Assembly (NCBI GenBank): GCA_002189035.1
Contig: NEEC01000008.1
Span: 2,542,001 to 2,606,000 of the forward strand
Direction of reading: 5' to 3'
Origin: Utricularia gibba
Lineage: Eukaryota; Plantae; Magnoliophyta
DNA: 64,000 nt
Shown here: in pieces, positions 13,290 through 24,733 of the stretch
How positions within the stretch are numbered: position 1 is the stretch's first letter
How the letters are laid out: each line of letters opens with the position of its first letter
Translations under genes and position numbers: made by a program
Notes under the pieces: model-generated
Told to the model about the DNA's origin: nothing
The model's database searches: none
Seen by the model: only the letters and a program-made list of their open reading frames with translations

Positions 13290-13370
13290 CAAATAATGTA
13301 GCAAATATTTTATAAGACTCCTCCGCCTGTTTTTTACCTCTCAGAACCGATGTGGGATACTGCCCATCAG
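13290..13370 (-). mobile_element. Probable LTR/TRIM terminal fragment carrying a USE-like motif and TATA box
   Basis: Minus strand reads TGATGGGCAGTATCCCACATCGGTTCTGAGAGG...CTTATAAAA, resembling the start of plant copia/TRIM LTRs as I recall them. No second LTR or TSD identified. Confidence 0.4.
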
Positions 13371-13698
13371 TCAAATTTTTGGCTATATTCAATGTGTAGG
13401 TCGCCATTAGGATGATTAAAAGGTTTAATTGTTAAGCTTTAACTGATCTTATTTAATATGCTGCTGTAATTAAGTGAAAATTAGTTGATCGTTGAGTTTA
13501 AGAGCGAGTTACCACGAGTCAGAAAGGCCGGCATCAACTCGGGTTCGGAGGGGATTTATGGCTAAGAATTAGAGATTCGAAGCATACCTAAAACCATATT
13601 ACTATTAATCTGTAATTTATTATATATTTAACTATTTTATTTTTAAATTTTGATGTGAAATTACTTTTTATAATATCATATTGTGTGATTGACTATTA

Positions 13699-13740
13699 CC
13701 CGTGCCCTGCCCGGTACGTGGGCTACCGTCCACAACTAGT
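13699..13740 (+). mobile_element. Candidate Helitron 3' terminus
   Basis: GC-rich imperfect hairpin (CCCGTGCC...GGTACGTGGG) followed ~14 nt later by CTAG then T, at the end of an AT-rich tract. Confidence 0.35.
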
Positions 13741-14048
13741 GGTCAGGATCCATAATTGTCCATGATCCCTAATACCTACGTTGTTACATTCTGGAAATGG
13801 CCCAGCTGCATTTCAAAACTATGTAATAAAATATATTTTTTGGGGTTGCCATGAAATGTGGTTTGGGAATTACGTAATTGTAGAACTCTTGATTAGGAGC
13901 ATTGAATATGAAAGTATTGGGGGGAGTTAAGGGGTGTGGGTCAAGGTGTCTCTTACCGACGCCGCCTCCCGGTCTTTACCTTCCTCCGGTAGACTAATAA
14001 CTCTGGGAATGGATTAGTATATATAAAGTAGAAGCGATCGAGGTGATA

Positions 14049-14720
14049 ATGGAAGCCATGAACGCCAAGAATGGTGACTTCCATGAAAAACCGCTGAGGA
14101 TGAAGACGGAACAGGAGGAGTACAAGTTTCTGGGTCGTCTTCTATCGAAAGAGAGTGCTGCCGCTGCTGCTGCTGCGGCGGCGGCGCCGTCTTTCAGGAT
14201 CTATTACGGTGGGGATGTTTCCTCCGGCGTGCCCTTTGTCTGGGAAACCCGTCCCGGGACACCTAAGCACCCATCTGCCGTGGATTACGATTTACGCCCA
14301 CTAGCGCCGCCTCCGGGATCCTCTTTCAACGTTAACCGACTGCCGGGCTACACCGCCACCAAATCCAGATCCAAAATGCTTTTCCAAACACTTGCTCGAA
14401 AAGTCTATCCCAGAAAAGGGAAAACCGCCCCCGGCGGCGGTGGTGCTGCGGTAATATCCTCCTCGCCTTCGTCACTCTCGACGATGTCGTGGTCCTCCTC
14501 GTCGCATTCCTTATTCTACGACCCCAAACGGCGGCGACGGCGGTTTCCCCGGTGGGGCTCCTACGCGGAGGAATGCGAGCAAGAAACTGGGACCAGCCGC
14601 ACCCGCGGCGGGGCGGTGCTCGTCGTTCAATTCAAGCGAGCTTGGTCCTCCATCCTCGGCCGCGGATCTACAGCCCCAGTCCCAGCCCCTGGTACAGTCC
14701 ACAGTGGTGGATACGAGTAA
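14049..14720 (+). CDS. Uncharacterised single-exon plant protein with VPF.WE..PGTPK motif (DUF688-like family)
   Basis: Motif SFRIYYGG...GVPFVWETRPGTPK...PLAPPP with Ser-rich tracts. TATA box (TATATATAA) at ~14018. First ATG is 14049 (track start is GTG). Confidence 0.75.
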   Translation: MEAMNAKNGDFHEKPLRMKTEQEEYKFLGRLLSKESAAAAAAAAAAPSFRIYYGGDVSSGVPFVWETRPGTPKHPSAVDYDLRPLAPPPGSSFNVNRLPGYTATKSRSKMLFQTLARKVYPRKGKTAPGGGGAAVISSSPSSLSTMSWSSSSHSLFYDPKRRRRRFPRWGSYAEECEQETGTSRTRGGAVLVVQFKRAWSSILGRGSTAPVPAPGTVHSGGYE

Positions 14721-14722
14721 TT

Positions 14723-14761
14723 CATCATCATCATCATCATCATCATCAACATCATCATCAA
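14723..14761. repeat. (CAT)n microsatellite just after the stop codon
   Basis: CAT x8, CAA, CAT x3 read directly from the sequence. Confidence 0.95.
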
Positions 14762-17042
14762 GTTCCATGGCGCTTGCCTTTCGATTTCAATCTGTAGATT
14801 CCAATAATTAATCACTGTGTCTGTGTTCCCCTTTCCCCGGTGGAAAACCCGAAACACTGTTCCGGTAATCCAACTCCGACGCCGTTAAGTCAACAGATTT
14901 GTCAAGCTCCATAAGGACAAGCACCTTCGAGCATTAATTTCTTTCCATTATTAACATCCGATTCGTAGTTTTTTTCCCATAAGAATTGAAACGTTTGTTC
15001 TTATGTTAAATTTTAATATAATAAATAAATCCATACCCACCACGGCACAATCTTCGAGTGGTGGGCCCGGCGTTAGACTAAGTCTCTACGTGAAATAACG
15101 ACATTAGTAATGAAAAAAAACCATCGTATTATATATAAAAAATGCCCTATAACATGTGCAATACACAAAATTATTGCATATTAATAATGAAATTTAGTTA
15201 TGTTCTTGGAATAATGATCAGTAATAAAAAAAATCAGAAATAGGAAAGAAGGCGTTACCCTAGTTTATTAAATAGTGCTTTGAGTTCCATTTAATTACAA
15301 TAGGGACATAGGCCTAAATGCCTATGTCACACACTTTTGGTAACTTTTTCGGCATCCATGTTGCCATCACATATTGAACAAACCACATCATTAGTGATAA
15401 CCGAACAGAGGTCTATTGAAAAATACACGTCAATGGTTTACAGATGGAATAAACAAATATTTCAATTCAATTATAATTTGGATTAAAAAATACAAAAATA
15501 TTATTTAAATATATTGAATAAAAATTGAGTTGATGTGTTACTCAATCAGTAATATTTTAAACATATACATATATTATCTATCAAACATAATTTAAATTAT
15601 AATTATATAATACATATTTAAAAGTAAACTATTCTACCAAATGCATTATGAGATAAAAAAAATATTTTTTTCAAATTGTTTTATTTTATTTCTGATGATG
15701 TGTGATTGGGTTGATTCAAGTAATTGGTATCTCGATTACAATGAGTCGAAGGTAGTTGTCGTGAGGGTAACCCCTGTCCACTACATATTTCTTTCACATT
15801 TAATCCCATTTTCTCGAACGATGGAGACAAGCAAGCAGTTATGTAATAAATATTTACCACATTATTAAAAAAAAATCCACCGACACAACGAATGACGCAT
15901 CATTTTTATTTATTCCAATGAGTTGGATAAGCACAATCGGTTTGTTTACAATGGTATGTTTTTGAATTATTTGTATTTAAGTAAATAAATAATGTTTTAT
16001 TATAATTAAAAATATATTTGGTTGATTAGAAATATATTGTTGATTAAAATAAGGTATTAAAATGCCACGCGTTATTTGTGTGTGTGGAATGGGAAGGGTC
16101 CATGGGAGTTAGTGAGCCAGCCATGGAGACGGGACGGGGGTGCGCTGGGGGAAATAAATGTGTCGGTTGCGGGTTCCTGTCAATTGGCGTCATTAATGCT
16201 CAACGCTGGTGAGGTGAAAGCCCCCACCCTAAAATGGTGCACCACGCCCCCCCCTTTCCACCTCTACGCTGCCCTGGCCTCGCCAGCAGTATCATCCATC
16301 ATTCACATCCAAATCTGAATCATTCATTTTCTATAAAACCATTCTAAAACTATGTTCCAAAATCAATATAATGTTCTAAAAACATTGTTCAAAAAATGAT
16401 TTCATAAAAGATGGAAAAGATGAGTAAAATCTAAAGAGGTCAGGTCTGCCAAGGTCCGTAACTGAAATGAGGCAAATATTCCAGAAATATGTATACTAAA
16501 GATAGATAGTGTTAAATGTTATTAGAATATAGATATATTGGTTATTCCGTACAACGCAAATTGAAGATGCCGTCCGTACCGGATGGGTTTAGGGCTTCTG
16601 GAATCCGTGTTGCGGACTCCGTTTTAGGTTTCTGATCGAGATGCGATAGCCTGTGCTTTGTTGATCGGGAGTGGGTTGTTGAACGGAAAGCATCGGTGCT
16701 CCCGGCGGCGCCCGCAAGATCGCTCTGTTCTTCTAGACGGTGCCGTATGGATTCTCATTTGAATTCATGACTCACTATATTGGGCCTGTATAATTGGGCT
16801 TACACATGACTCTATTTACTGAGGCCCATCACTCACACTGCACCCTCTCCACCGTATTTAATACATATATGATTTGTTTCTAATTTTGTCAGGGGAAACG
16901 GTTATGGCAGCAGCCGACCTTCACCGGGAAATCCGTGTGAAAGTGGAAGGTAAAAATCCGGCCGTTACTTTTCTGAATCTCTTCTTCTACGGCGGTAGTT
17001 AACATTTTACGGTGTGGAAACCTCAACGTTCGTAAAGAGAGA

Positions 17043-18466
17043 ATGATGGTGGTCCTCAAAACAAGGGAGACCCTTGTGAAGTTTCATCTACTCATCGCCT
17101 TCTTCATTCTTCTTTGCACGGTTGGTGTTTACATAGCCGACGATTTCAACTGCTGTAATGCTGCTGTCCGTACTCCCGTGGAAAATAGCCGGGACGATGA
17201 GGCGGCTCCAGGGTGCGATTTGTTCTCTGGGAGATGGGTTTACAGCGACGAGTTCCGTCCTCTTTACGAGGAGAGGGAGTGCTCTTTCATGGAGGCCAGT
17301 TTTGCCTGTGAAACGTACGGGAGGAAGGACATGAAGTATAAGCATTGGAGATGGCAACCCGATTCGTGTGATCTTCCGAGGTCTCTGTAACTGTGTTACG
17401 AAGTCTCTGCTGCAATGAAGTAATTCTGAGTTCCTATTCTTGTGTTCATAATCAGCAGGTTCGATGGCGGCGCACTTGTGGACAAACTAAGAGGGAAGAA
17501 GCTTGTTTTCGTTGGCGATTCACTGAACAGAAATCAATGGGTCTCCCTGCTCTGCATGATCGAGTCCTCTCTTCCCATCACATCGGAAAAGAAGACACAT
17601 TCAAAGGGGAACCTGTTATCCTACCACAACAGTGTAAACGAACCCAGCTTTTTTCTTGTTACCATCAGCATCGTTGAAGCTTGTTGTTGATTTTCCCGAT
17701 TGAATGAAGGAATACAACCTGACGATCGGCATGTACTGGTCGCCGTTCCTTGTCGAATCCAACTGCGACGACGTGCTGAAGCATCGTGTTTCTGGGCGGG
17801 TGGTGAGGATTGAGTCCATTCAAAAGCATGCGAGGCATTGGATTGACGCCGATTTTCTCATCTTTGACACCTACACCTGGTGGCTGAATCCCACTCTCAC
17901 ACTCATGTAACACGACAAACTCCTCTGCTAATCTCCACCGTGTCATTTATCATCTGCATTGTGCTGATGTTGGCTCAGTATCCTTCAGATGGGGTTCATT
18001 CGAAAGCGAAGAAGCGACATACCGAACCGTGGCGATGAAGCGGCGGCGCTACGAGATGGCGCTGATGACTTGGTCGAACTGGGTGGAGATGAACGTCAAC
18101 ACGACGAAAACCAAGCTCTTTTTCATGAGTGCTTCACCTTATACCTATAAAGGGGATGCAGTGAGACACTGCGACAACAAAAGCGAGCCTATTTTTTCTG
18201 AGAGCAATTGGAGTAACCAGAGCATGATGGCCACAGCAGAGTCAGTGATACATCAGCTGAACCAGAGGGGAGTGAAAGTCGAGTTTCTGAGGATAACCGA
18301 GATGTCTGACCAAAGGGTGGATGCGCACCCGTCCATTTTTAGGTACTTTTACACTCCGGTTGATCGGAATGATCCGAAATCGTATTCCGACTGCCTCCAT
18401 TGGTGCCTCCCAGGAGTCCCAGATGTTTGGAACCAAATCCTGTATGCATACATTATGAACGCATGA
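17043..18466 (+). CDS. TBL: Trichome birefringence-like O-acetyltransferase, copy 1. Exons 17043-17380, 17459-17633, 17710-17906, 17989-18466
   Basis: N-terminal TM anchor, [20 protein letters not shown] (GDS), [17 protein letters not shown] and [12 protein letters not shown] (DxxH). These motifs resemble the TBL3/ESK1/TBL34 xylan-acetylating group. Confidence 0.92.
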
Positions 18467-18959
18467 TCATCAGTACCACTTCAAATTTCATTTTCTTTTG
18501 TGTTGAGAGAGAGCCTATAAACGCTTGATTCAAAAGAGAAGACAATCATATGAGTTCTATTCCGTATTACTGTAACATTCACCGGCAAGCTTATACACCT
18601 GAAGGAACGATAATGGAAAAAACCAAGGTATAAGAAGATTGCGATAACATCCTTCTCGGTTGTAGTTTATGAAATACATGATTTTGAGTAACTTTCTTTC
18701 AGACACCATGGAATGAAGATGTTTTCCTAGCAAACCCCTGACATCAGGTAACACGTTTCATTTCATGATGGTTCACACTCAGACACCATGGAATGTTTTG
18801 TTCGAATCTGGTAATGTAATAACACCTTGGATGGATGATTCACTCAGAGATACGTTATGGGAAAGAATTCGGACTAGTTGGCTAGAAACAATGAAAAAGG
18901 TAAGAAATACACGAGTTTATTATATCAATGACGCCAGAATCAGTATCCCAAAACCCATA

Positions 18960-20663
18960 ATGAGATACAGAGAATCGAAAACGGCGTCTGCTCACCTGTT
19001 AGTCCTTCTGATGTTCCTCGTTCTCATTTCCGTTTTGTTTGTAATACGAAGCAGAAGCAGCAATGGATACAACATTTTCCAAGAAGAAAATTTGGTGAAA
19101 AAGGATGAGAAACGGTGCGATTTCTTTTCTGGGAGATGGGTTTTCGATGATGTTTTATACCCTGTTTACAAGGAGAACAAGTGTTCTTTCCTGGAGTTCG
19201 ACACTTCGTTTTCTTGTCAAAGAAACGGGAGGAGGGACTTGAAGTATCAGTCTTGGAAATGGCAGCCCTTCGATTGCGATCTTCCAAGGTCCCCTTCTTT
19301 CATGTAGTCTTGGCCAAACCCAGTAGTTTTGAATCTAAACCAGTCGTACGTAATGTTCTGGTTAGAAAACATAACGGGTGTCTTCTGTAAACCCCAACTT
19401 CGAAATGCAGGTTCAATGGGACTCTGTTGCTGGAGAAACTCAAGGGGAAAAAGCTGGTTTTTGTTGGGGATTCCTTAAACAGAAACCAATGGATGTCGAT
19501 GCTCTGTCTGACTGAATCTTATCTCCCACCATCATCCAACAAGATCATCACCACAACAAAAAGCCTCTTCACCTTCCATTCCAAGGTAATCAATTTTCTG
19601 TTCTTTTTTCTTCTCCACTGGTGTGACTGAAGCTTATCATCTCGCAATGTGTTGGAAGCCGTGTTGATGATTAGGGCAGTAACGCGATCATGATTCTGTA
19701 GAACTAGTAACAATTTGGTTAAAATGAATTGCGGTTAGCTTTCTGATGATTGATTCATTGAATCGCTTTTCCATGATTGATCACTTGGAACCGGAAATGT
19801 TGAAGGAATACAACGCGACACTCGGGTTCTACTGGTCGCCGCTGCTTGTAGAATCGAACTCCGATGACCCAGAAGATCACCGTGTGAAAGATCGCGTGAT
19901 CCGAATAAACTCGATCTACAACCATGCTCGAAATTGGGGTGATGCGGATATACTCATCTTTGATTCATTTGCTTGGTGGTTAGAACCAACCATGACAATC
20001 TTGTAAGTCTCACTCACTCGCACTGCTCTGTGTGGTATTTTTTCTCAATCCTGCTGCTGCAATGCAGATGGGGCTCATTTGAAGATCCCCCAGCGGAGGC
20101 GATAAAAGTGCGCGTGGGGATGAAGCGCCGCCGCTACGAAATGGCGCTGAATACTTGGTCTGAATGGCTTGAAATCAACATTAACACATCACGAACCAGA
20201 CTCTTCTTCATAGGCTTCTCCCCCTTCCATTTTTAGTTCCGTACACCATGCCTGTTCCTCCTTGGCCTCTTCAACAATGGTATAGCAGTAATAACACAGT
20301 TTGTTGCATCTGCATCGCAGTGGGGAGAGTCTGGGGGATCGCAGGAACTGCTACAACGAGACGGAGCCCATAACGAAGAGGGATTACTGGGGAATTGCAA
20401 CAGATGTTGAGATGATGAAGACTTTGGAAATTCTTCTCAAGAAACTGGAGAAGCGAGGGATTCAAGTTACATACTTGAACATCTCACAGCTGTCTGATTA
20501 TCGAATAGATGGGCATCCTTCGGTTTACAGAAAAACTCGACCCAACATGCAGCAGCTTGCGGATCCAATCCCCTTCTCAGACTGCGCCCATTGGTGTCTC
20601 CCCGGAGTTCCCGATGCCTGGAACCAGATTCTGTATCACTATATCGTTGATCACAGTCATTAG
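18960..20663 (+). CDS. TBL: Trichome birefringence-like O-acetyltransferase, copy 2. Exons 18960-19288, 19411-19585, 19806-20002, 20068-20235, 20321-20663
   Basis: TM anchor, [51 protein letters not shown] and [12 protein letters not shown]. Confidence 0.92.
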
Positions 20664-21646
20664 AATGTCCATGTCTTTTTTCTAGATTCAATTATTGGAA
20701 AATCAGATGCTTACAAAGGCTCTGCCTTGAATTCTAGTTCTTCTGAAACTCTTTCCTTGGATCCTTTCCGGCGGGTCGGGTGGCGGGGTGGAGTTTAGAT
20801 GCAGCTTGGGATCATGGCTGGAATCGCAATAATTCCCACTATTTCTCTCAAACTAAGGCTGCCCTGCCCATGGTTTAGTTCGGCATTCAAAACATGGAAG
20901 CCCCGCCTCCGTCTGGTATCAAAAACGACAAATCTGGTGAAGCATCGGTGTTGGCGAAAGTGGTGTGGAATGCAACAGCTTAGTGGTCTTGTTCTCCAGC
21001 TTTAAGCGACTGAGTGAATTGGATTTTATGAACACATGTTCTCCAGCTATTCGCCTCCCTCCGATCTCGTTCCTGAAACGCAGACGAATAAAGGAGTGTC
21101 AGGCCTGTCAACGGTGCAATTCCCAACGCCTCCTTCGATTCAGTGAAATGGCGGGCCTCCTCCTCCACTCTTCTTCCTCATGTGACCAAGGAAATATCTG
21201 CGACCCCACAAAAATCTGAAACACTGTTGGATCTATAGCTCATTTATGGAGGAATGATGAATATACACTTTAAGAAGGATAGCCTAATTCAGAACATCAA
21301 GGAACAGTATCTTAAGGCAAATTCCACCGCCATCTCAGATCCCAGAATTCAAGATCTTCCAAGGTCATCTGAGAAAACATCATATAGATCTCTTGACTAC
21401 TTTCTTCACCTTGATTTGAATCAGAGTTTTCCTTTAAAGGTTCTGGGTTGAAGAGGGCCTACAGTTCTGATGCATAAAATGACAAGAGCTAGGATCTTCC
21501 AATGGCTGTAAAAGTGAAGAATGAATGAATGCCTTTCGATGGTAGCAGAGCCGAAGAAATAAAACTCATTGAATCGTGCTGCACTTTCTGGTGATATTCA
21601 TTAAATTCCATGAGGAAGCCCTTCCTCCTCCTCCCTCTTCTCCTTG

Positions 21647-21654
21647 TATAAATA
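21647..21654 (+). promoter_or_regulatory. TATA box of the MIR390 locus
   Basis: TATAAATA after a CT-rich tract, ~32 nt before the base of the hairpin. Confidence 0.65.
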
Positions 21655-21685
21655 CGCCTCTTCATCCCACTTCCTTCCCTGTCTG

Positions 21686-21785
21686 AGTATGGAGAAACCG
21701 TGAAGCTCAAGAGGGATAGCGCCAAGTGGGGGCTATGAATCCATGCAGCGCTATCCATCTTGAGTTTCATGGATTTCTTCCTTAC
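21686..21785 (+). ncRNA. MIR390: MIR390 precursor hairpin, variant. Mature 21703-21723, star 21749-21769
   Basis: Mature AAGCTCAAGAGGGATAGCGCC matches canonical miR390 (AAGCUCAGGAGGGAUAGCGCC) at 20/21. Star CGCTATCCATCTTGAGTTTCA matches miR390* at 20/21. The duplex has 2-nt 3' offsets, and the lower stem AGTATGGAGAAACCGTG pairs with CATGGATTTCTTCCTTACT. Confidence 0.93.
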
Positions 21786-22726
21786 TTAAAAACCAGAGCA
21801 ATGCCACGCTTCTCAACTGGCTCCCACCGGAGTCCTCCCCTTCGTTCTCTTCCATTTGTTTTATGAACATATTTGCAGGCTGTTGCGCGGCAGTGGCATT
21901 TGCATGCTCTGAGTGTCTTTCTTTGCCTCAAGACGGAAAGGCATACAAAAGGAAAGCCAGAAGACGAAAAGGTTGCACAGGGAGGAGGAGCTTGCGGTCT
22001 GCGGAGGGTGAATCCCTTCGCGACAAGGGCCGAAGTCTCGTCCTTGTCTGAACGTCTCTGCCAATGGATATTACAAAAATTTTCATCAATTTTCTGGAAA
22101 AAAAACATCAGAATGTTGTTGATGTCTCCAAACAAAGAAACATAGGGAGTATTAATGGAGATCATCTTATTTTGCGAATTTACGGATTAAATATTTGTTT
22201 GGAATAATTTATATTTTTTAAAAATATTAATAATCTATTCTATTATCAAATAAAATTTAAAAAACGTGAATCTAAAAGTAATAAAACGTAGAAATATTTT
22301 TCGAAAATCATTTTTTGAAAATTAAAATCAAAGAAAGTTTACCCTTTTTTTATTTTCATTAAATCATTGTGAAATTTAGATTGAATTATATTTTAAAAAG
22401 CGTTATGGGAACATGATAAAAAATAACAAAAAAAAATATGAAAATAGTTCAAAATTCGATTAGAAAATGTAAAAAACTTGGCTACACAAAATGTAACAAA
22501 AAATGATTATTTTATTTTATTTTTTAAATATTGAAACTAATTTAAAACACCTAATCTTTTTAAAAAACAATAAAAAGAAAGAAAGAAAGCGCAGACAAGG
22601 CGTTTTTGCTTGTAAAAAAACAGTTGAAATTCGATAGAGCTGTGAAATTCCTCGGAATTAGGGTTTATTAAGGCGTCCAAATCGATTCTGGTGTATGCCC
22701 AAATTGCTTCAAAGATCCACGGAACT

Positions 22727-24733
22727 ATGAGTGGGTACTTCACAAGTCCGCCTTCAGTGGCCTCACTTGTGCTACTTTTTCTGAGTTCGGTAATCCCATG
22801 CTCATTCGGCTACCGGCCAGGGGACATTGTTCCCATGAGTCGAATGGGCCAATATCACTCAGTAAGCGCCTCTTCCTAGTTCCTCAAAATCGTATTGGAT
22901 TACAATTTATCATCAGATAACTCTTCTATGTGTGCTTTTATGTAAATCTCGCAGACGAGAACCGTTTGGCATGATATGATCGGTCGCCATTGCCCAATAT
23001 TCGCTGTTAATCGTGAGGTTATTATCAGTACTATTTTGCCTTGTGAAATTCGTCTCCTCGAACTGATTTTTAGTGCTTTTTGTTCCTTTTTTTTTGCCGC
23101 GCAGACTTTAATTCCGATTCCAAGACCCACTGGTTATACAGGAGCTGACCCTTATAAAGTGTATATTTTTATTTGGATACATGTAGTTAAATTTATCCTG
23201 CTAAGTGAATAAGTCATTAAATTTTGGAATGAGCTGCTGAGATTTAAATGTACTTGTTTGCTTATCCACATTCTGGAATATGGGAGGGGAGTTGTTTGAG
23301 TAGAAGAGCTTAATATGTTCATTCTATTGAATGTGAAAAATGTACGTGCTTTGAACCATGGCTGTGGTGCAGATCATTTCAAGTTGGTCGTGAAAAATTT
23401 TTTGTTCCATGGCTATTTGTGATAAACCGTAAGAGTTCTGAGCTACCAATGATTGAGATAAATCTGGTAAGGACTTTATGTTGTGCTGATACTGTTTTTT
23501 TTTTTGTAGTTGGTAGAATAATGCGAACCCTCATGTGGTTGAATAAGAATTTCTCAATGATTGTTATTATAGCTCATGAATACTTTAGTCTTACAGCTTT
23601 GATAAGCATAATGTACATATCAAAAATTGATAATGTGGCAATGATGTTATTTCTGTTGATCGTGCGTGGTTCCTCAATGCAGAGATACTCGGGAGCTGAT
23701 TTACTTGGTGTTACCGCAAAAGTTATTGACATGCCTCAAAAATGTATTTTCTGATGACCGCTATGGCTCTCTAGTTCCGCAACTCTATTATAATTTTTTT
23801 TGATTTAACTCTCATTCTTTATTTTCTTGACAAAAAACGAACTGTTATCTTTATCTTATTAGCAACATTATGGCTGTCGACTGCTATTCTTTTTTCCATC
23901 TAGATGCACCTTTAAGCACTGTGATGGGATGAAATGTATTAAGAAAAATCTACGTTTTGGTTTCTGTTTATTTTAGTTCATCTTAATTCCTTTGTGACAC
24001 TGGTAGTTTTTTGAATGCATTGAATTTGGTTATGAAGACTTTTTATTTCGGGAGGTTATGCATGGTGAGATTTTCATCATGTATTTTTTCGTTGAACAGA
24101 TGTAGAACTTCATGTTGATATTCGTCAACATTTTTGGGATCAGGAAAAATGGCCAAAACATATTCTAGTGAGATACACATGGTGAGTACAACTCTCGTAG
24201 TTTCATTTTCTATCGTTTACATATCTCATTGGAAACTTCTGATGTGAGCCTTTCTTACCGTGTCTGCATACCCACGTGTTGTGTAGACTTGTGCTTTCTT
24301 GTATGTTAATCTTTTTAAAATGTTGGTATTGCGTTTTTAAACGTATTCCAGGGAGGAGCAGTCTACAGTAGACGCAGTTTCTGGATTTTACGTTCTGCTT
24401 GGATCTGGTAATCCATATACTTTTCCACTGTTAGAGTACCACCCGTATTGTTTTGTTGTCTGCGACTTGAGCTTTCCAGATTGTTTTATCATGAGCAGGA
24501 CTTTTGCTTTCTTTCATCATGGCAATCTATGTTCTACAATCATCTCGAGACAAGTTGTCAAGGTATCCATCCTGTTCCCTTGAGTCAATGAGTGACATTT
24601 TATCCAGTTTATACCATATCCTCTGGATTCTTAACGTTTCCACCTCCTTCCTCGGGAATTTCTCTTTAGATTTGTGAAGGAGACGATGGTTGACAGTAGC
24701 ATGCCCGCTGGAGGCGTTGCTAAAATTGAGTAA
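22727..24733 (+). CDS. NPU: NO PRIMEXINE AND PLASMA MEMBRANE UNDULATION (NPU)-like membrane protein. Exons 22727-22861, 22955-23017, 23105-23160, 23373-23466, 23683-23743, 24100-24181, 24352-24407, 24499-24562, 24670-24733
   Basis: Spliced product has a signal peptide, then YRPGDIVPMSRMGQYHS, WHDMIGRHCPIFAVNRE, PTGYTGADPYK, INRKSSELPMI, RYSGADLLGVTAKV, FWDQEKWPKHILVRYTW, a TM segment and a GGVAKIE end. Confidence 0.8.

Noticed and set aside
14489-14857. Poly-His, poly-Asp and poly-Met ORFs
   Set aside because: These are alternative-frame readings of the (CAT)n microsatellite.
18765-18959. Upstream in-frame extension of TBL copy 2 in the ORF track
   Set aside because: It runs through the short intergenic spacer. 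The TM-anchor architecture fits a start at 18960.
20700-21480. Several short ORFs and a 12-bp direct repeat (TGTTCTCCAGCT) upstream of MIR390
   Set aside because: No frame gives a recognisable protein or a convincing long hairpin. Treated as promoter or intergenic sequence.
21489-21770. 93-aa minus-strand ORF
   Set aside because: It overlaps the MIR390 hairpin and its TATA box in antisense and has no recognisable domain, so it is best explained as a shadow ORF.
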